From: an uncultured delta proteobacterium
Lineage (GTDB): Bacteria; Desulfobacterota; Desulfobaccia; Desulfobaccales; 0-14-0-80-60-11
Length of the DNA: 64,000 nucleotides
Assembly: GCA_963812015.1 (NCBI GenBank)
Contig: CAWETI010000002.1
Coordinates: 288,001 to 352,000, forward strand
Reading direction: 5' to 3'
Positions 60,125 to 64,000 of this stretch are shown one piece after another. Under the pieces are notes generated by a model. It ran no database searches and was not told the origin of the DNA. It saw only the letters and a list, made by a program, of their open reading frames with translations. A program made the position numbers and the translations under genes. Numbering within the stretch: position 1 is the first letter of the stretch; each line of letters starts with the position of its first letter.

Positions 60125-61123
60125 TTGATGCCAAGACGTAACTGGCTAATCTGGCTGGGGGCCGCCCTACTACTCGCCCTGGCCTGGGGTTTGCCCGCTT
60201 CCGGCCTCCTCAACCCCTACGTGGTCCAGATCCTCATGTACGTGGGGATCAACATGATCCTCACCTTGAGCCTCAACCTGGTGAACGGCTACATGGGCGA
60301 ATTCTCCGTGGGCCACGCCGGGTTCATGGGCATCGGCGCCTATGCCGCCTCGGTGCTCACCGTGGCGGTGCTGCCCCCGTCCTGGGCGGTCCCTGCCTTC
60401 CCCCTCGTCCTGGTATGCGGCGGCGCCGCCGCGGCCGTGGCCGGGTTGATCGTGGCCTACCCTTCCTTCCGCACCCGGGGGGATTACCTGGCCATCGTCA
60501 CCCTGGCCTTCAACATGATCGTCAAGAGCGTGCTGGAGAATATCTCCTGGCTGGGGGGGCCCCGGGGTTACCTCGGAATGCCCCGGCTCACCAGCCTCTT
60601 CTGGGTGGCCGCCTGGGTGATGTTGACCCTGTGGATTTTGCGCAATCTGGTCTATTCCAACTTCGGCCGGGGGATCACCGCCATCCGGGAAGACGAAGTG
60701 GCCGCGAATCTCACCTCCGTAGACACCCGGCGTCTCAAGCTTTACGCCTTCCTGATTTCCGCCTTCTTCGCCGGGGTGGCCGGGGGCCTGTACGCCCACC
60801 TGCTCCAGTTCATCAATCCCCGGAGCTTCTCCATCCTGAAATCCACCGACATGCTGGTCATGGTCTACCTGGGAGGAGTGGGCAGCCTCACCGGGTCGCT
60901 CCTGGGGGCCGCCATCTTCACGGTGCTCCTGGAACTGCTCCGGCCCCTGGGCCTCTGGCGCTGGGTGGTGGGGCCGCTCTTGCTGGTCTTGCTCATGATC
61001 TTCCGGCCCCAGGGGCTCATGGGCTTTAAAGAGGCGCGCCTGTTCAAGCCCGCCTTGCCCCAGCCCGGCGGCGGCAGCCCCGGGCCCCCGGCTGCGCCCC
61101 ACCGCCTGGCCCCGGGCAGTTGA
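60125..61123 (+). CDS. livM: Branched-chain amino acid ABC permease
   Basis: SVGHAGF, GDYLAIVTL and AIREDEVAA. Confidence 0.92.
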   Translation: MMPRRNWLIWLGAALLLALAWGLPASGLLNPYVVQILMYVGINMILTLSLNLVNGYMGEFSVGHAGFMGIGAYAASVLTVAVLPPSWAVPAFPLVLVCGGAAAAVAGLIVAYPSFRTRGDYLAIVTLAFNMIVKSVLENISWLGGPRGYLGMPRLTSLFWVAAWVMLTLWILRNLVYSNFGRGITAIREDEVAANLTSVDTRRLKLYAFLISAFFAGVAGGLYAHLLQFINPRSFSILKSTDMLVMVYLGGVGSLTGSLLGAAIFTVLLELLRPLGLWRWVVGPLLLVLLMIFRPQGLMGFKEARLFKPALPQPGGGSPGPPAAPHRLAPGS

Positions 61124-61130
61124 CCCCATC

Positions 61131-61936
<806 letters not shown>

Positions 61937-61940
<4 letters not shown>

Positions 61941-62677
61941 AGGAGGCTCCGGCCCGTTCCCCCCTGCCCCCGCTCCTCGCGGTGGAAGATGTCTGGGTGT
62001 CCTATGATCGCATCGACGCGGTCCGGGGGGTTTCCTTTGACGTGGGGGTAGGGGAGATCGTCACCCTCATCGGGGCCAACGGCGCAGGCAAATCCTCGAT
62101 TTTGCAGGCCATCTCAGGGATGTTGCGGGTGGCCCGGGGCAGGGTGACCCTGGCCGGGGAGGAGCTCCTGACGGTGCCGGCCCACCTGAGGGTTGAGCGG
62201 GGCATCGCCCACGTCCCGGAGGGCCGGGGCATTTTTGGCAACCTGACGGTGCTGGAGAACCTGCGTCTGGCCGCCTACCGGCGCCGGGACCCCGACATCC
62301 GGCGGGACCTGGAGGAGGTTTTCAGCCATTTTCCCCGGTTGGCGGAACGCCGGCGGCAGTGGGGCAATACCCTTTCCGGGGGGGAGCAGCAGATGCTGGC
62401 GATGGGCCGGGCCTTGATGAGCCGGGCCCGGCTCCTGCTCCTGGACGAACCCTCCATGGGACTGGCGCCCCTGCTGGTCCGGGAGATCTTCCGGGTGATC
62501 CAGCGCATCAACCGGCAGGGCACCGCCATCCTCCTGGTGGAGCAAAACGCCCACCTGGCGTTGGAGGTGGCGCGCCGCGCCTATATCCTGGAAACGGGAG
62601 AGATCGTCCTGAGCGGCCCGGCGAGGGAACTGCGCCACCATCCCCAGGTCCTGGCGGCCTATCTGGGCGGGGCGTGA
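61937..62677 (+). CDS. livF: Branched-chain amino acid ABC ATPase
   Basis: GANGAGKS, LSGGEQQML and DEPSMGLAP; ATGA overlap with livG. Confidence 0.93.
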
Positions 62678-62732
62678 AGGAGGGCCGGGGGAAGCCCTTA
62701 CGAAGAATTTCCCCGCCCCTCCCCTCAATATC

Positions 62733-63584
62733 CTAAATTTTGCCTGTCTTCCGCTCCGTGATGTCCTGAATAAAACCTTCGTAGTAGCTGATGACGCCCT
62801 GTTCGTCCCGCACGGCTCGGGCGGTCGCGGCTACCCAGATGATGCTGCCGTCTTTGCGGTATATTTGGTACTCCCGGTCCCGGACGACTCCCGCCTCGGC
62901 CATTTCTTGCCGGAATTCATCCCGTTGCTGCGGGTCGACAAAGGTCTGGTGGCCGAGGTCCATGATGCCGGCGATCATCTCCTCGGGGGAATCATAGCCG
63001 TGCATCCGGGCCAGGGCCGGGTTGACGCTGAGCAGACGGCCATCGGGCGTGCTCTGGAAGATGCCGATCACGGCGTTGTCGAAGATCCCCCGGTATTTGG
63101 CTTCGGCCTCTTTTAAAGCCTTTTCCGTCTGTTTGTGGGCGGTGACATCCTGAATCATGGCCATCTTGGACATGCTGCCGTCGGGATGCCGGATGGGGGT
63201 GTTGACCACATAATACCAGCGGAGGTCTCTGGGGCTGAGCACCTCCCAGCGCACCGTCTCTCCCCCGAAGACCCGCTCGTTGACGCACCAGGGGCAAACA
63301 TCATCCCGGTCATGAAGCACCTGGTAGCATTTTTGCCCCAAGGGATAGCTCCCGGTGTGCTCAATGAAGCGCTGGTTCATGAATTCCACTTCATAGTTTT
63401 GGGAGCAGATGTAGATGAAGCCATCGAAGGCTTCAATGATCGCTTCATATTGGGCCCATAAATCCCGCCAGGCCTCGGATGACCGTTGGTACCGGGACTC
63501 TTCCTGCTCCACGGCCGCCACTTTTTGCCGCAGCACCGTTAATTCGGCGATGAGGTCGGCTTTATCCCGGTCTTCGTCTTTCAT
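62733..63584 (-). CDS. Stand-alone tandem PAS-domain protein
   Basis: KCYQV..CPWC PAS and YRGIFDNA..DITERK PAS/PAC; no output domain. Confidence 0.85.
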   Translation of the reverse strand: MKDEDRDKADLIAELTVLRQKVAAVEQEESRYQRSSEAWRDLWAQYEAIIEAFDGFIYICSQNYEVEFMNQRFIEHTGSYPLGQKCYQVLHDRDDVCPWCVNERVFGGETVRWEVLSPRDLRWYYVVNTPIRHPDGSMSKMAMIQDVTAHKQTEKALKEAEAKYRGIFDNAVIGIFQSTPDGRLLSVNPALARMHGYDSPEEMIAGIMDLGHQTFVDPQQRDEFRQEMAEAGVVRDREYQIYRKDGSIIWVAATARAVRDEQGVISYYEGFIQDITERKTGKI

Positions 63585-63697
63585 CTGCTTCCTTACCTGT
63601 GGTAAGAATACCTCAGCTTTCCGGACCTTGGTGAATGCTAATTCAATTATAGCAAAATAACCCGATCTTACGAGATGGCTAACCCGGGGCCGACCCC

Positions 63698-64000
63698 TCA
63701 GTCTTCGACAATTTTCTCGATATGAAAGACCTGGAGATACAAACCCGGATTCAGCCGGCTGAGTTCGCCATAGAGATAAACCTGGTCCAGCCGCTTCAGC
63801 TTATACTCCTCGGCCTGCTGGGGCGTTATGGCCGCCAGGTCGTAGTAGCCGGTCAGGTCATTCGTGGCGTAGGTGGAGAACCATTGGAGCTGATACCACC
63901 TGACGGGATACCGCGGCAGGGTGAGATAATTCCGGACTATGGCCGGGTCATAAACCAGATATTGCCAGAAATACGCCTTCACCCGAATTTTCTGACCTTC
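63698..64000 (-). CDS. Hypothetical protein, C-terminal part (cut by the window edge)
   Basis: Open frame running to the window edge. Confidence 0.55.
   Translation of the reverse strand, partial: EGQKIRVKAYFWQYLVYDPAIVRNYLTLPRYPVRWYQLQWFSTYATNDLTGYYDLAAITPQQAEEYKLKRLDQVYLYGELSRLNPGLYLQVFHIEKIVED

Overview
GC-rich bacterial chromosome segment; the gene content suggests Desulfobacterota/Syntrophobacterales-like (inference). About 47-64 kb looks like core genome: C45 peptidase, MFS, hcp with an HcpR-like Crp/Fnr regulator, pheT, merR-like gene, liv-type ABC operon and a PAS protein. About 0.7-46.9 kb is an accreted accessory region. It contains a ~23.3 kb integrative element bounded by a 45-bp repeat of the tRNA-Arg(CCG) 3' end (23495-46854), with a tyrosine integrase, a satellite/PICI-like replication module, cyclic-nucleotide signalling genes with a c-di-GMP-I riboswitch, a TPR-CHAT protein and a complete His-Xaa-Ser (hxsDBCA) radical-SAM cluster. 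To its left are IS3 remnants, several truncated genes, an Mla/Pqi ABC operon and a malonate-type cluster. Two structures are not explained by standard annotation. (1) A ~100-bp site recurs at six loci, separates co-oriented gene blocks, and in one copy is split at its core by a frameshifted tyrosine recombinase gene, suggesting an integron-like cassette system. (2) Two divergent, homologous structured RNA / 12-codon leader elements each have their own sigma70 promoter, a UGA at the same position and a shared hairpin. All calls were made by eye; no database searches were run.
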